Positions 15,681 to 25,604 are shown, counted from the stretch's first letter. The stretch: DNA of 25,694 bases from an uncultured Candidatus Saccharibacteria bacterium (GCA_964534925.1 CAZHQQ010000002.1:1-25694), one strand, 5' to 3'. The notes: a model not told the origin generated them from the letters alone. Numbers and translations: made by a program.

Positions 15681-17191
15681 TTTTTAAATTTCAAACCTAG
15701 ATAAATAAAAAATAAATAATAAAAAATTAGAAAGACTAAAGGAATATTACTTTTCAAAAAAATAAAAGAGAAAGAAGATAGGAAATTAATAATAAGTTTC
15801 AAGTAGCTTAATAAGAAATATGCAGGAAAAGAAAAAAGCCATCCCAAGAAGGGAGAAATTATACCTAAAATCCCTGAAATAAAACCGAATATCATTATAA
15901 AAGGGATAAAAGGAACTACCAAGACATTGCTTAATGGAGAAATTATAGAGATATATCCAAAATTATAAATAAGAATAGGAAGGGTAAATACTTGGGCAGA
16001 AAGAGTAAGAGATAAAATATCTTTAAAATTAAGAAAGTTAGGAACTTTCACAAAGAACTTCCTAATCTTTACCCTGAAAAATGATAAGAAATAAAGGATG
16101 CCGATTATAGCCGAAAAAGAAAGTTGGAATCCAACATCTGATTTTAAAAGAAGAGGATTAAATACAAGCAAAGAGAAGGCAGTAAAAACAAGAATTTTAA
16201 AAGGCTGTATCTTGCTTCCAAAGAAAACAGCGGACAGAAATAAAATAGCCATAATACCAGCTCTTAATGCTGAAGATTGAAATCCTGTTATGACAACAAA
16301 GAGAGAGATAAGCAAAGAGGAAAGAAAAAAGATCCAATTGTGAGAAAAATGAAAATAACTTAATAAGAAAATGATAATTCCCAAGATTATTGCAACATGC
16401 ATCCCTGAGACAGCAGTTACATGTCTTAGTCCCGTTAAGTTTAATTTTTCTTTCCATTTTTCAGAAATCCTACTTTTATCTCCCAAAAGGACAGCTCCAA
16501 GAATAAAAGAGGATGGTGGAGAAAAATTAGAATAAATACTTTCTCTTAAAGAATTTTTAAAAGAAAGAATTAAACCATAAGAGTTAGAAAAAATATTTCT
16601 TGAATTCTTCTTTTCTAAAAGTTCCACCTCTGGGAAATACATCAAAGAATAAATTCCTTCTTTGGCTAAATAGCTCTTATAATTAAATTCATTAAATTCT
16701 CCGGGTGATAAAACTTTTCCAACAGCTTTAATCCTATCTCCATATTCATATTCAGGATAACGATCTAAAGTAATAAGAATTCTTCCTTTTGTAGAACCAA
16801 AGGAATAATCTTCACTTTCTATTTTTAAAGGATTAAATGTCAACATTGTTTTGTTTTCTCTAGTGTCTGCTTCCTTTGATACTATCCCTTCAATAATAAA
16901 AGTTTTTTCAGAATCGTTAATTTTAGTTAAAATACTTTCCTCAATTCCCTTTTGAGAAAGATAACAGCGAAAAGTTCCTAAAGATAAAAATAAAAAACAA
17001 AAACCTATTAAAATTAAAACTGTCTGTTTCTCAATGTCTTTCTCTTCGATTCCTTTAGATAAAAAGAAAAATATCAAGAAAAGACCCAATATTAAAAAGA
17101 CAAAAGAGGAAGCAATGGAAAGTAAAGGGAAAAGAAAAATTCCTCCTATAAAGGAGAAACAAGAATAAAGAAGAACTTTTGACTTAAACAT
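15653..17191 (-). CDS. comEC: ComEC/Rec2 DNA-uptake channel (DUF4131 + Competence domain, no MBL domain)
   Basis: GLRHVTAVSGMHV, SALRAGIM, DVGFQLSFSA and SPLSNVLVVP motifs. Confidence 0.93.
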   Translation of the reverse strand: MFKSKVLLYSCFSFIGGIFLFPLLSIASSFVFLILGLFLIFFFLSKGIEEKDIEKQTVLILIGFCFLFLSLGTFRCYLSQKGIEESILTKINDSEKTFIIEGIVSKEADTRENKTMLTFNPLKIESEDYSFGSTKGRILITLDRYPEYEYGDRIKAVGKVLSPGEFNEFNYKSYLAKEGIYSLMYFPEVELLEKKNSRNIFSNSYGLILSFKNSLRESIYSNFSPPSSFILGAVLLGDKSRISEKWKEKLNLTGLRHVTAVSGMHVAIILGIIIFLLSYFHFSHNWIFFLSSLLISLFVVITGFQSSALRAGIMAILFLSAVFFGSKIQPFKILVFTAFSLLVFNPLLLKSDVGFQLSFSAIIGILYFLSFFRVKIRKFFVKVPNFLNFKDILSLTLSAQVFTLPILIYNFGYISIISPLSNVLVVPFIPFIMIFGFISGILGIISPFLGWLFSFPAYFLLSYLKLIINFLSSFSFIFLKSNIPLVFLIFYYLFFIYLGLKFKKEKRHYLRY

Positions 17192-17193
17192 GA

Positions 17194-17889
17194 TTACCTT
17201 ATCTCACATTCTTCAAAGAAAGGAGAAATTTCATCTTTAATTTCCTTCATAAAATCGTAAGAGTACGGTTTCGTTTTTTTAAGTTTTTCATCTAGAAGTT
17301 TATCATTTTTGAAGTTTTGAAGATAATACTTCTTCGCTGGAGAAATCCATTTCACGATATTAATAACATCTTTTTTGTCTATTATCCCAGGGACAACAGT
17401 TGTTCTAAATTCAAAATCTATCTTACATTCCTTTAAAATGTTAACTGACTTTTCAATATCTTTAATATTAACTTTTACTCCAGCAGCCTTTTCGTACTTC
17501 TCTCTCGGAGCCTTAATATCCATAGCGACATAATCAATCAATTTATCTTTTATAAGACTTTTTAACATCTCGGGATTTGAACCGTTTGTGTCAAGCTTTA
17601 AAGAATAACCAAAATTCTTAATTCTTTTTAAAAAAGTGGGAAGATTTTCATGAATAGTAGGCTCTCCACCACAAATAACAACTCCCTCTATTAATTCTTT
17701 TCTCTCTTCTAAAAAATAAAAAAGATCATCCATACTAATCTTGGGATGATTCTTAATTTCTTCTGGCAAAACCAGTTCCGCAGAATAACAAAAAGGACAA
17801 CGAAAATTACATCCGACAAGAAAAACTGTAGTTGCAACAAGACCAGGATAGTCAAGAAGAGTGGTTTTTTGTATTCCACCTATCTCCAT
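17194..17889 (-). CDS. nrdG: Anaerobic ribonucleotide reductase activating radical-SAM enzyme
   Basis: GCNFRCPFC, GGEPT and LDTNGS motifs; start overlaps the nrdD stop. Confidence 0.93.
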   Translation of the reverse strand: MEIGGIQKTTLLDYPGLVATTVFLVGCNFRCPFCYSAELVLPEEIKNHPKISMDDLFYFLEERKELIEGVVICGGEPTIHENLPTFLKRIKNFGYSLKLDTNGSNPEMLKSLIKDKLIDYVAMDIKAPREKYEKAAGVKVNIKDIEKSVNILKECKIDFEFRTTVVPGIIDKKDVINIVKWISPAKKYYLQNFKNDKLLDEKLKKTKPYSYDFMKEIKDEISPFFEECEIR

Positions 17890-20012
17890 TATTTAGAAAT
17901 TATTTTTTTAGATAATTTAAATTCTTTTCTCTGTCTAAATTCTTCTTTTTTCCCTTTATTCCATTGGGAAATTGGGCGAAGATATCCAACTACCCTTGAG
18001 TAAACTTCACAAGGTTGTTTTATAACGCAGTGAGGACAATAAAAATGCTCTCCAGCTATATACCCATGAACAGGGCAAATAGAAAAAGTTGGAGTTATGG
18101 TAATATAGGGTAAGTTGAAATTTTCAAAAACTTTTTTGATTAATCTTTTAGTTGATTCAGTATTAGGAACTCTTTCTCCTAAGAATAGATGCAAAACACT
18201 GCCTCCCGTATATCTACATTGAATTTCATCCTGAAGTTCTAATGCTTCAAAAACATCATCAGTATAATTGACCGATAATTGAGTTGAGTTCGTATAATAA
18301 GGAACTTCTTTCGTTCCAGCAGTTATAATGTCAGGATATTTTTTCTTATCTTCTGATGCAAACCGATAAGCAGTGCTTTCAGCTGGTGTTTGTTCTAAGT
18401 TGTAAAGACTTCCTGTGTCTTCCTGATACTTTACTAATTTTTTTCTCATAAAATCCATCACTTCTAAGGTAAATTTTATTCCTTTTTTTGAACCTACATC
18501 TTCTTCTATAAAATTTAACAAACACTCGTTCATTCCAACCAAGCCAATGGTTGAAAAATGATTATTATAATATGCTCCTCTGGCTTTTTTAATACTTGCT
18601 AAATAAAATTTTGAATAAGGATAAAGTCCTTTATCTGCAAAATCTTCTATCGTTTTTCTCTTAATTTCTAAAGAGTCCTTGGCTAAATTCATTAATTTAG
18701 ATAATCTATCAAAAAAATCTTTTTTAGTTTTTGCCAAATAACCAATTCGGGGCAAATTAATCGTTACCACACCAATACTTCCCGTATTTGATCCACTCCC
18801 AAATAGTCCTCCGCCTCCTCGGTTATGAAGTTCAGTTAAGTCAAGCCTGAGCCTACAACACATTGATCTTACGTCTTCCGGCTTCATATCTGAATTAATA
18901 TAATTAGCAAAATAACTCGTTCCGTATTTTGCCGAGGCCTCAAAGATTCCATCAAAAGCAGGTTCATTCCAAGGAAAATCTTTAGTAATATTTATAGTAG
19001 GAATCGGAAAAGAAAAAGGCCGACCAGATTTATCGCCTTCCATCATTACTTCAAAAAGAGCTTTATCAAACATTTTCATCTCTTCTTCAAATTCTCCATA
19101 AGTTTCCTTTTGAGGTTCTCCGCCAATAATTACCGCTTGCTTAGCAAATGTTGGAGAAGGACTAAGATCTAAAGTAATATTTGAAAAAGGGCATTGAAAT
19201 CCAACCCTGGTAGGGACAGCCATATTAAATAAAAACTCCTGAAGAGATTGTTTTACCTGTCCATAACTTAGACCGTCAAAACGAATGAAAGGAGCTAAAA
19301 GAGTATCAAAATTTGAAAAAGCAACCGCTCCAGCTACTTCTCCAGTTACTGTAAATATAAAATTTACTACCTGACCTAACGTTGACCTAAAATGCTTCGG
19401 TGGTTTTGATTCTAATTTTCCCTCGACTCCACTAAAACCTTTTAATAAAAAATCGTATAGGTCCCAGCCAGCACAATAAAGACCAAGCGTATCTAAGTCA
19501 TGAATATGAAAATCACTAGACTTGTCGGCATCTCTCATCTCCTTAGGATAAATTTTATTAAGCCAGTATTTTTTTACAACATCACTCACTACATAGCGAT
19601 TTAGTCCTTGGAGAGAAAAAGCCATATTAGCATTTTCCTTAACTTCCCAATCTACTTTTTCTATATATTGATCAATCCTATTAATTGCTTCTTCGTTTAC
19701 TTGTATTGACTCCCTTATTTCTCTTCTTTTCTCTCTGTACAAGATATAGGCCTTAGCAGTTTTTACCAAATCTTCTAAAATTAAAACTTCTTCAACAATG
19801 TCCTGAATTTGCTCAACATTAGGAATTTCTTCTTTCTTAAATCTACGGTTTATTAATCTTACTACTCTTTCGGCAATTTTTTTTGATTTTATTCCATCAC
19901 CTTGTCCAGTCGCAGTAATCGCTTTATAAATAACTTCTGCAATCTTTGATTCTTCAAAATCAACAATAACTCCGTTTCTCTTTTTTACTTTCTCAATTTT
20001 ATGGGGAGACAT
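17889..20012 (-). CDS. nrdD: Class III (anaerobic) ribonucleoside-triphosphate reductase with ATP cone
   Basis: N-terminal ATP cone (VKKRNG), HIHDL, RSMCCRL, CPVHG/CPHC and the glycyl-radical motif YSRVVGYLRP. Confidence 0.96.
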   Translation of the reverse strand: MSPHKIEKVKKRNGVIVDFEESKIAEVIYKAITATGQGDGIKSKKIAERVVRLINRRFKKEEIPNVEQIQDIVEEVLILEDLVKTAKAYILYREKRREIRESIQVNEEAINRIDQYIEKVDWEVKENANMAFSLQGLNRYVVSDVVKKYWLNKIYPKEMRDADKSSDFHIHDLDTLGLYCAGWDLYDFLLKGFSGVEGKLESKPPKHFRSTLGQVVNFIFTVTGEVAGAVAFSNFDTLLAPFIRFDGLSYGQVKQSLQEFLFNMAVPTRVGFQCPFSNITLDLSPSPTFAKQAVIIGGEPQKETYGEFEEEMKMFDKALFEVMMEGDKSGRPFSFPIPTINITKDFPWNEPAFDGIFEASAKYGTSYFANYINSDMKPEDVRSMCCRLRLDLTELHNRGGGGLFGSGSNTGSIGVVTINLPRIGYLAKTKKDFFDRLSKLMNLAKDSLEIKRKTIEDFADKGLYPYSKFYLASIKKARGAYYNNHFSTIGLVGMNECLLNFIEEDVGSKKGIKFTLEVMDFMRKKLVKYQEDTGSLYNLEQTPAESTAYRFASEDKKKYPDIITAGTKEVPYYTNSTQLSVNYTDDVFEALELQDEIQCRYTGGSVLHLFLGERVPNTESTKRLIKKVFENFNLPYITITPTFSICPVHGYIAGEHFYCPHCVIKQPCEVYSRVVGYLRPISQWNKGKKEEFRQRKEFKLSKKIISK

Positions 20013-20163
20013 ATTAGAAATAAAAAAATAAAGTTTGACCTTTTATAAAATAGTTTTGAATCTTTCCTCTAGCCTTAGAAGAACGACATTATAGTATTTT
20101 ATCCCAATTAAAAAAGAGCGTCAAACAACGCCGAATCCTTATACATCATTAAGTTGGAAAAAG

Positions 20164-20172
20164 TTATCCACA
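20164..20172 (+). promoter_or_regulatory. Perfect DnaA-box consensus upstream of nrdD
   Basis: TTATCCACA in the ftsZ-nrdD intergenic region. Confidence 0.5.
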
Positions 20173-20177
20173 AGAGC

Positions 20178-21107
20178 TCACTCTTTTCCGAACCCCGTTG
20201 CTATAACCATTACCCTTACTTCTCCTTTTTTAATATTCTTTCCATGAACTGCCCCAAATATTATTTTTGCATTAGGAGCAACATTTCTTGTAATGGCTTC
20301 TGCTGCTCTATTTATTTCAGATAAACTTAAATCGTTCCCACCTGAAATATTAAACAGGATCCCTTTGGCTCCATGAGACAGAAAACCAACCAAAGGAGAA
20401 TTTATGGCCTGCTTTACAGCTTTTTCTATTCTCTTTTCTCCCTTTGCTCTCCCTTGTCCAAAAAAGGCTCTCCCTGAGCTATTCAAAATAGCTTTAAGGT
20501 CCGCAAAATCAATATTAATTATACCCGGGACCGTTACGAGATCAGATATTGTTTCAACAGCTTCCCTTAGAATATCATCACATGCCCAAAAAGCAGAAAG
20601 CAATGTTGTGTCTTTATCTGAGAGAGAAAGAATTCTTTCATTAGGAATAACCACAAGTGTATCAACTTTATCTTTTATTTTATCAAGACCCTTCTTGGCT
20701 ATCTTCATTCTTGGAAAACCTTCAAATTTAAAAGGAGTAGTGATAACGGCTATAGTTAGAATCCCCAATGATCTCGCTATGTCAGCTATCACTGGAGTAG
20801 CACCTGTGCAGGTTCCACCTCCAAATCCTCCTGTTATAAAAAGCATGTCAGTATCCTTTAATGCTTTTTCTATTTCTTCTTTCTGTTCTTCGGCTGACCT
20901 TCTCCCAATATCTGAATTCATACCAGCCCCAAGGCCTTTTGTAATTTCTTTACCTATTTGAATTTTTAAATCCGCCTTAGTCTTTTTAAGATCTTGCAAG
21001 TCTGTATTAAGGGCAATCAAACTAACTCCCCTTATCTTGGAAGAGCTCATTCTTGAAATTGCATTAGATCCAGATCCACCAGCACCAATTACTTTTATTC
21101 TAGTCAT
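20178..21107 (-). CDS. ftsZ: Cell division protein FtsZ (short, lacks C-terminal tail)
   Basis: IGAGGSGSNA, NTD, GLGAG, GGGTCTG, INIDFAD and VIATGF motifs; follows ftsA. Confidence 0.9.
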   Translation of the reverse strand: MTRIKVIGAGGSGSNAISRMSSSKIRGVSLIALNTDLQDLKKTKADLKIQIGKEITKGLGAGMNSDIGRRSAEEQKEEIEKALKDTDMLFITGGFGGGTCTGATPVIADIARSLGILTIAVITTPFKFEGFPRMKIAKKGLDKIKDKVDTLVVIPNERILSLSDKDTTLLSAFWACDDILREAVETISDLVTVPGIINIDFADLKAILNSSGRAFFGQGRAKGEKRIEKAVKQAINSPLVGFLSHGAKGILFNISGGNDLSLSEINRAAEAITRNVAPNAKIIFGAVHGKNIKKGEVRVMVIATGFGKE

Positions 21108-21112
21108 AAAAA

Positions 21113-22348
21113 TTAGGGGACAAAGATTCCTAATATTTTTTTAATTTTTTCTATTAAACTTTCTTTCTCTTTACTTTCGGAATCTTCAAAACTAGAGAGA
21201 GCAAGACCCCAAGCTGTACTAAAACAAGGATCCTCTTCTGCCTCACCAATAAATTCTTCGCCAAATCCATCTTTTTTTAAAATGGGAACTCCTATTTTAC
21301 ATGGAAGCTTTAATTCTTTCTTAGCAAACTCAACCATTCCAGGAAGTTTTGACCCTCCTCCAGTAATAACAACCCCTCCCGGCAAAGTCCCAACGCCAGA
21401 TTTTTTAATCTCTTTTCCAATAATATCAAATATGTCAAACATTCTAGCTTTAATAACTTTAGTCAATGTTTGAGAAGAGAAATTAAGAAAATCAAGAGGT
21501 ATTTCTTTCTTTTCTTTTTCTTTCTTTTTTAAAGATTTCCCTCCTCTTGACCTAATGCAATGACCAAATTCTTTTTTTATCTTTTCTGCAATATCAACAT
21601 CTATCTTGAGAGCAATTGCGATATCATCTGTAATATTTCCAGACCCAATTGGTATGACGTGCAAATGACATAAATCCCCTTCTTTATATATAGCAAGGTC
21701 TGTAGTCCTTGCTCCAATATCAAGCAAAACAACCCCTAACTCTTTTTGTTGAGAAGTAAGACAAGATTCTGAAGAAGCCACGGGATTGCAAATGACATTA
21801 GATATCTGATTAATGTCTGCGTTTGAACAAACATCAGCAAGGTTCTTATAATAAAGATAAAATACTCCAATAGAAAAAATCTCTGACTCCAATTTTATTC
21901 CTGTCATTCCAACCGGATCTTTAACGCCCTCTCCTCCATCGACAATATGTCTTTTTTCAAAACAATCTATAACTTTCATATTAACTGGGAGAGGAAAAGC
22001 TTTAGCTGCCTGAATTGATCTTTCAACATCTTCCTGTGAAATATTATGGTCAACTCTAGAGATAGCGACAGAACCCTTAGAAGAAGTTAAAAATATATGA
22101 CTGCCTCCAATATTAACATTAACTTTATTAATTCTTCTCCCTATTTTTTCTTGAATTTTGTCCAAGGTATCAGAAATATTTTGAGAAACTCTTTCAACAT
22201 TATCAATGACTCCTCTTCTCATCCCAGAATTGGGCATTTTCACTCTAGTTAAAATTTCAAATTCCCCAGACCCTCTTTTTTCGGAAACAACAAGAGCCTT
22301 AATTGATTTAGTTCCTATATCCAGACCAGTAATAATTCTACTTCTCAT
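21113..22348 (-). CDS. ftsA: Cell division protein FtsA
   Basis: GLDIGT, GMRRGVI, DIGARTTD and TGGGSKLPG motifs; C-terminal amphipathic helix IEKIKKILGIF. Confidence 0.92.
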   Translation of the reverse strand: MRSRIITGLDIGTKSIKALVVSEKRGSGEFEILTRVKMPNSGMRRGVIDNVERVSQNISDTLDKIQEKIGRRINKVNVNIGGSHIFLTSSKGSVAISRVDHNISQEDVERSIQAAKAFPLPVNMKVIDCFEKRHIVDGGEGVKDPVGMTGIKLESEIFSIGVFYLYYKNLADVCSNADINQISNVICNPVASSESCLTSQQKELGVVLLDIGARTTDLAIYKEGDLCHLHVIPIGSGNITDDIAIALKIDVDIAEKIKKEFGHCIRSRGGKSLKKKEKEKKEIPLDFLNFSSQTLTKVIKARMFDIFDIIGKEIKKSGVGTLPGGVVITGGGSKLPGMVEFAKKELKLPCKIGVPILKKDGFGEEFIGEAEEDPCFSTAWGLALSSFEDSESKEKESLIEKIKKILGIFVP

Positions 22349-22781
22349 AAAAAGTTAAAACTTCATTTAAATATTTTTTCTCTTTTCCCCTCATTTTTTG
22401 AGCATTGACTTCTGAGTCTTCATGGTCAAAACCAATCAGATGAAGGATACCGTGAATAAGAACTTTAATTAATTCTCTCTCAAAAGAAATTTTTGATTCT
22501 TCTGAACCCTTTTTTACTTCCTCAGGACAAATAACTATCTCTCCCAAAAAATTCTCTTGCAAGATCCCGGGGATATTTTCGTTAGAATCAAAAGAAAGAA
22601 CATCGGTAGGTTTTTTTTTCTTTCTATAATTATAATTAATTTCCTTAATTTTATCGGAACCCACCAATGCAATTGATAATTCATTTTTACCAATTGATTC
22701 TTTTTTTAAAACAACCTCTGAAACTTTTTTTAAAAGATTTTTATCTATATTAAAATCGGTTAAATTATTTATCTCAATCAT
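22338..22781 (-). CDS. ybeY: rRNA maturation endoribonuclease YbeY
   Basis: PTDVLSF, LGEIVIC and HGILHLIGFDH motifs. Confidence 0.95.
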   Translation of the reverse strand: MIEINNLTDFNIDKNLLKKVSEVVLKKESIGKNELSIALVGSDKIKEINYNYRKKKKPTDVLSFDSNENIPGILQENFLGEIVICPEEVKKGSEESKISFERELIKVLIHGILHLIGFDHEDSEVNAQKMRGKEKKYLNEVLTFYEK

Positions 22782-23278
22782 TAAGACAATAATTCCTTTG
22801 CAAATTTGCTAATTTGCCCTCCCTCAGCCTTTCCTTTGACTTTAGGCATAATAGAAGACATAACCTTTCCAATTTCTTTCATACTTTCGGCTCCTAATTC
22901 TTTAATCGTCTCTTCTACTATTTTTCTAATTTCTTCTTCAGAAAGCTGTTCCGGAAGATATTCTTTTAGTATCTCTAATTCTTCGGTCTCCTTTTGGACA
23001 AGATCTTCTCTACCGCCTTTCTTAAATTCATCAATTGATTCTTTTCTTTTTTTTGCCTCGGAAAAAACAACTTCAATAATTTCTTCTTCACATAAAGAAC
23101 TTCCATTCTGAAGTTCTTCTTCGTTTAGGTCAAGCTTTTCTTTAGAAAGCATATATCTCTTCTCTTTTTCTCTACTTGTAATACCACTTAAAAGCAGACG
23201 AAGAACAGATAATTCTTTTTCCCTCTTTCCTCTTATAGCTTCTTTTAAATTGTCTCTAATTTTTTCTTTTAAAGTCAT
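22781..23278 (-). CDS. yqeY: GatB/YqeY domain protein
   Basis: MTLKEKI start (ATG 23278 preferred over 23302); K.RKESI..F..GGREDL...E..E...L..YLPEQLS; follows rpsU. Confidence 0.9.
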   Translation of the reverse strand: MTLKEKIRDNLKEAIRGKREKELSVLRLLLSGITSREKEKRYMLSKEKLDLNEEELQNGSSLCEEEIIEVVFSEAKKRKESIDEFKKGGREDLVQKETEELEILKEYLPEQLSEEEIRKIVEETIKELGAESMKEIGKVMSSIMPKVKGKAEGGQISKFAKELLS

Positions 23279-23486
23279 TTCCAAATTTTTTCTTCTTTTC
23301 ATAGATTGCTTTAACTTCTTCTCTTCTTAAAGCAGCTCTCTTCTTTAACTGAGGTGACTTCTTTCTCTGCATAAATCTATTTTTCCTTGCCCTAATTAAA
23401 ACTCCGCTTCTCTGAACACTTTGAGAAAAACGTCTGATTAAACTTTGGGGTGATTCTTTTGGTTTTCTTTTTGTTTCTATAACCAT
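23256..23486 (-). CDS. rpsU: 30S ribosomal protein bS21 (divergent)
   Basis: 76 aa, basic; ES...LIRRF...VQ.SG.L...R..RF pattern; classic rpsU-yqeY synteny. Confidence 0.8.
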   Translation of the reverse strand: MVIETKRKPKESPQSLIRRFSQSVQRSGVLIRARKNRFMQRKKSPQLKKRAALRREEVKAIYEKKKKFGNDFKRKN

Positions 23487-23677
23487 GTTTTAAAAGCATT
23501 AAATCCAAGTGAAATTAAGAAAATCCTTCCACTCTGAAATTTACAATACTTCTCTTTCTTTTTTATTATCCCATCCGTTAAGCAAATGCAAGTAAATAAT
23601 AAATGAGTGCTTTAAGGTTTATATTTTTTATCGGAAGGAATTTCTGTTTTTAGCAATTCTAAGAAAAGACAATTTAT

Positions 23678-24958
23678 CTACTTATCGAGAATTTTTTTGA
23701 CTTCCTTTATTATTTTTTCAATTTTAACTTCTCTTTGTTTCCCGCTAGACATATTTCTTATTATAATTGTATTTTCAACTGCCTCTTTTTGACCCATTAT
23801 CAAACAGTGATCAACTCCAATTTTATTAGCTTTATTAAGCTGACCTTTTAAACTGTCTTTATTAAAGCTTTCTGCAATTGGAATCCTCGCCTTTCTAAAT
23901 TCCTCAGCAAGAACTAAACTTTTTTTCTTTGCTAAATTACCAATCTGAGCAAGAAATATATTTGGAGAATCAGTCCTTGAGGTCCTAATAGGTCTTTCCT
24001 TCATTAGATTAACCACTCTTTCAATACCGCAAGCACCTCCGCAACCAGGAGTTTCCCTCCCCCCTAAAAGTTTAACTAAATCATCATATCTCCCTCCACC
24101 TAAAAGCGCTCCTTGATTTATCTCTTGATCTAACCCATAAATTTCAAAAACTGTTTTAGTGTAGTAATCAAGTCCTCTTACAAGATAAGGATCTAAATCA
24201 TAAGGAATCTTCAATTCATCAAGAAATTCAAGAACTTGTTTAAAGTGTGATTTACAGTCATCGCAAAGATGATCAATTAGTTGAGGAGCTTGGCTACAAA
24301 CTCTCTGACATTTCTCTTCTTTGCAATCAAGAATTCTTAAAGGATTTGTTTTTATTCTTTTTCTACAACTAGCACAAAGAGAATTCTTTCTTGATCTCAT
24401 ATAACTTACCAAAAGCTTTCTATAGTAAGACCTGCAATGAAGACATCCCATAGAATTTATTTTCACTACTAGGTTTTTGAATTTAAGTTCACGGAGGATA
24501 TTATAAAAAATCTGAATTACTTGTACGTCTATAACGGGCGAAACATCTCCTAAAATCTCAAATCCGAATTGCCAAAATTGTCTATATCTTCCAAGTTGTG
24601 GTTTTTCGTGGCGAAAGAAAGGTCCAAAATGCCATAATTTAACTGGCTGAGGCAAACTATTCATTCCATGTTCTATATATGCTCTAGCGATAGATGCAGT
24701 ACCTTCAGGTCTTAAGACTAAGTAATCGCCTCCCTTGGTTTTAAAATCATACATTTCTTTTTCAACAATATCTGTATCTTTCCCAATTCCTCTTAGAAAA
24801 AGATCAGCCTTCTCAATAATAGGAGTTTCAATTCTTTTAAATCCATAGAAATCAGCCATATTTTGGCATACCTTAAGAACTTTATCAAAATACGGCCAGT
24901 CCTCAGGCAGAATATCATGCATACCGACAGGACTTTGAAACTTTATTTTTTTAGTCAT
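23678..24958 (-). CDS. hisS: Histidine--tRNA ligase
   Basis: GMHD, LRPEGTA, FRHEKPQLGRYRQF and LVRGLDYYT motifs; C-terminal anticodon domain. Confidence 0.97.
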   Translation of the reverse strand: MTKKIKFQSPVGMHDILPEDWPYFDKVLKVCQNMADFYGFKRIETPIIEKADLFLRGIGKDTDIVEKEMYDFKTKGGDYLVLRPEGTASIARAYIEHGMNSLPQPVKLWHFGPFFRHEKPQLGRYRQFWQFGFEILGDVSPVIDVQVIQIFYNILRELKFKNLVVKINSMGCLHCRSYYRKLLVSYMRSRKNSLCASCRKRIKTNPLRILDCKEEKCQRVCSQAPQLIDHLCDDCKSHFKQVLEFLDELKIPYDLDPYLVRGLDYYTKTVFEIYGLDQEINQGALLGGGRYDDLVKLLGGRETPGCGGACGIERVVNLMKERPIRTSRTDSPNIFLAQIGNLAKKKSLVLAEEFRKARIPIAESFNKDSLKGQLNKANKIGVDHCLIMGQKEAVENTIIIRNMSSGKQREVKIEKIIKEVKKILDK

Positions 24959-24960
24959 AA

Positions 24961-25500
24961 TTAATATTCAGGTATTTCAATTTTTGTAAATGAGGAAAAT
25001 GGCCAAGCTCTCAAAAAAACTTTGCCAATAATATTATCTTTAGGAAGAAGTCCCCACCTTCTGGAATCATAAGAAGAATCTCTATTGTCTCCTAAAACAA
25101 AATATTGATGACCGTTCAAAGAAACATTAATATCCCCATCTGTCTCATCAAAAATATACTTGGACTCATTAAGCATAATCTCTTTTTCCTCTTTAATGAT
25201 TTTGATTTCTCCATCTTTTATCAGAACTTCTTCTCCGGGGAGACCAATAATTCTTTTAATAAAATTCTGAGAAGGATAAGTGGGAGATTTAAAAACTATC
25301 ACATCTCCTCTTTGAGGATCGTCAAACTGATAAGAAATTTCATCAACTATAAGATAATCATTATTTGAAAAATTCGGTTCCATTGATTGTCCCCTGACTA
25401 AAAATGGCTGAAATACAAAATAGCGGATAGGTATTACTATCAGCAAAGCAACTATCACGATTTTCATCATTTCCCAAATAAAAAGAATAATTGATTTCAT
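24961..25500 (-). CDS. lepB: Signal peptidase I
   Basis: GQSMEPN (Ser), IKRIIGLPGE (Lys) and GDNR..S.DSR motifs. Confidence 0.95.
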   Translation of the reverse strand: MKSIILFIWEMMKIVIVALLIVIPIRYFVFQPFLVRGQSMEPNFSNNDYLIVDEISYQFDDPQRGDVIVFKSPTYPSQNFIKRIIGLPGEEVLIKDGEIKIIKEEKEIMLNESKYIFDETDGDINVSLNGHQYFVLGDNRDSSYDSRRWGLLPKDNIIGKVFLRAWPFSSFTKIEIPEY

Positions 25501-25509
25501 ATCAACCCA

Positions 25510-25518
25510 ATTATACCA
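25510..25518 (-). promoter_or_regulatory. Extended -10 promoter, near-leaderless start
   Basis: TGGTATAAT, 9 nt before the lepB ATG. Confidence 0.6.
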
Positions 25519-25604
25519 AATTTTTCCTATTTTACAACCCCGATTTCCCCAATTCTTTATTGGTTTTCTTATGCTCCTCCCCTCTCTCTTCTTTTCTTAT
25601 TCCG

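Noticed and set aside
20075-20100. NrdR box upstream of nrdD
   Set aside because: ACGACATTATAGTATT matches the 16-bp NrdR palindrome poorly; only a TATAAT -10 is evident.
11689-20180. Alternative genetic code (TGA=Gly, code 25)
   Set aside because: Conserved genes are uninterrupted under code 11. TGA ends the EamA gene 1 nt before the next ATG, and read-through of the ftsZ TGA adds only 13 codons.
6493-25368. Short antisense or nested ORFs in the track (6493, 7195, 7513, 8857, 9890, 11905, 12437, 14773, 15181, 16098, 16197, 17746, 20404, 21282, 22806, 25105)
   Set aside because: All overlap well-supported genes and show no motifs; they are typical shadow ORFs.
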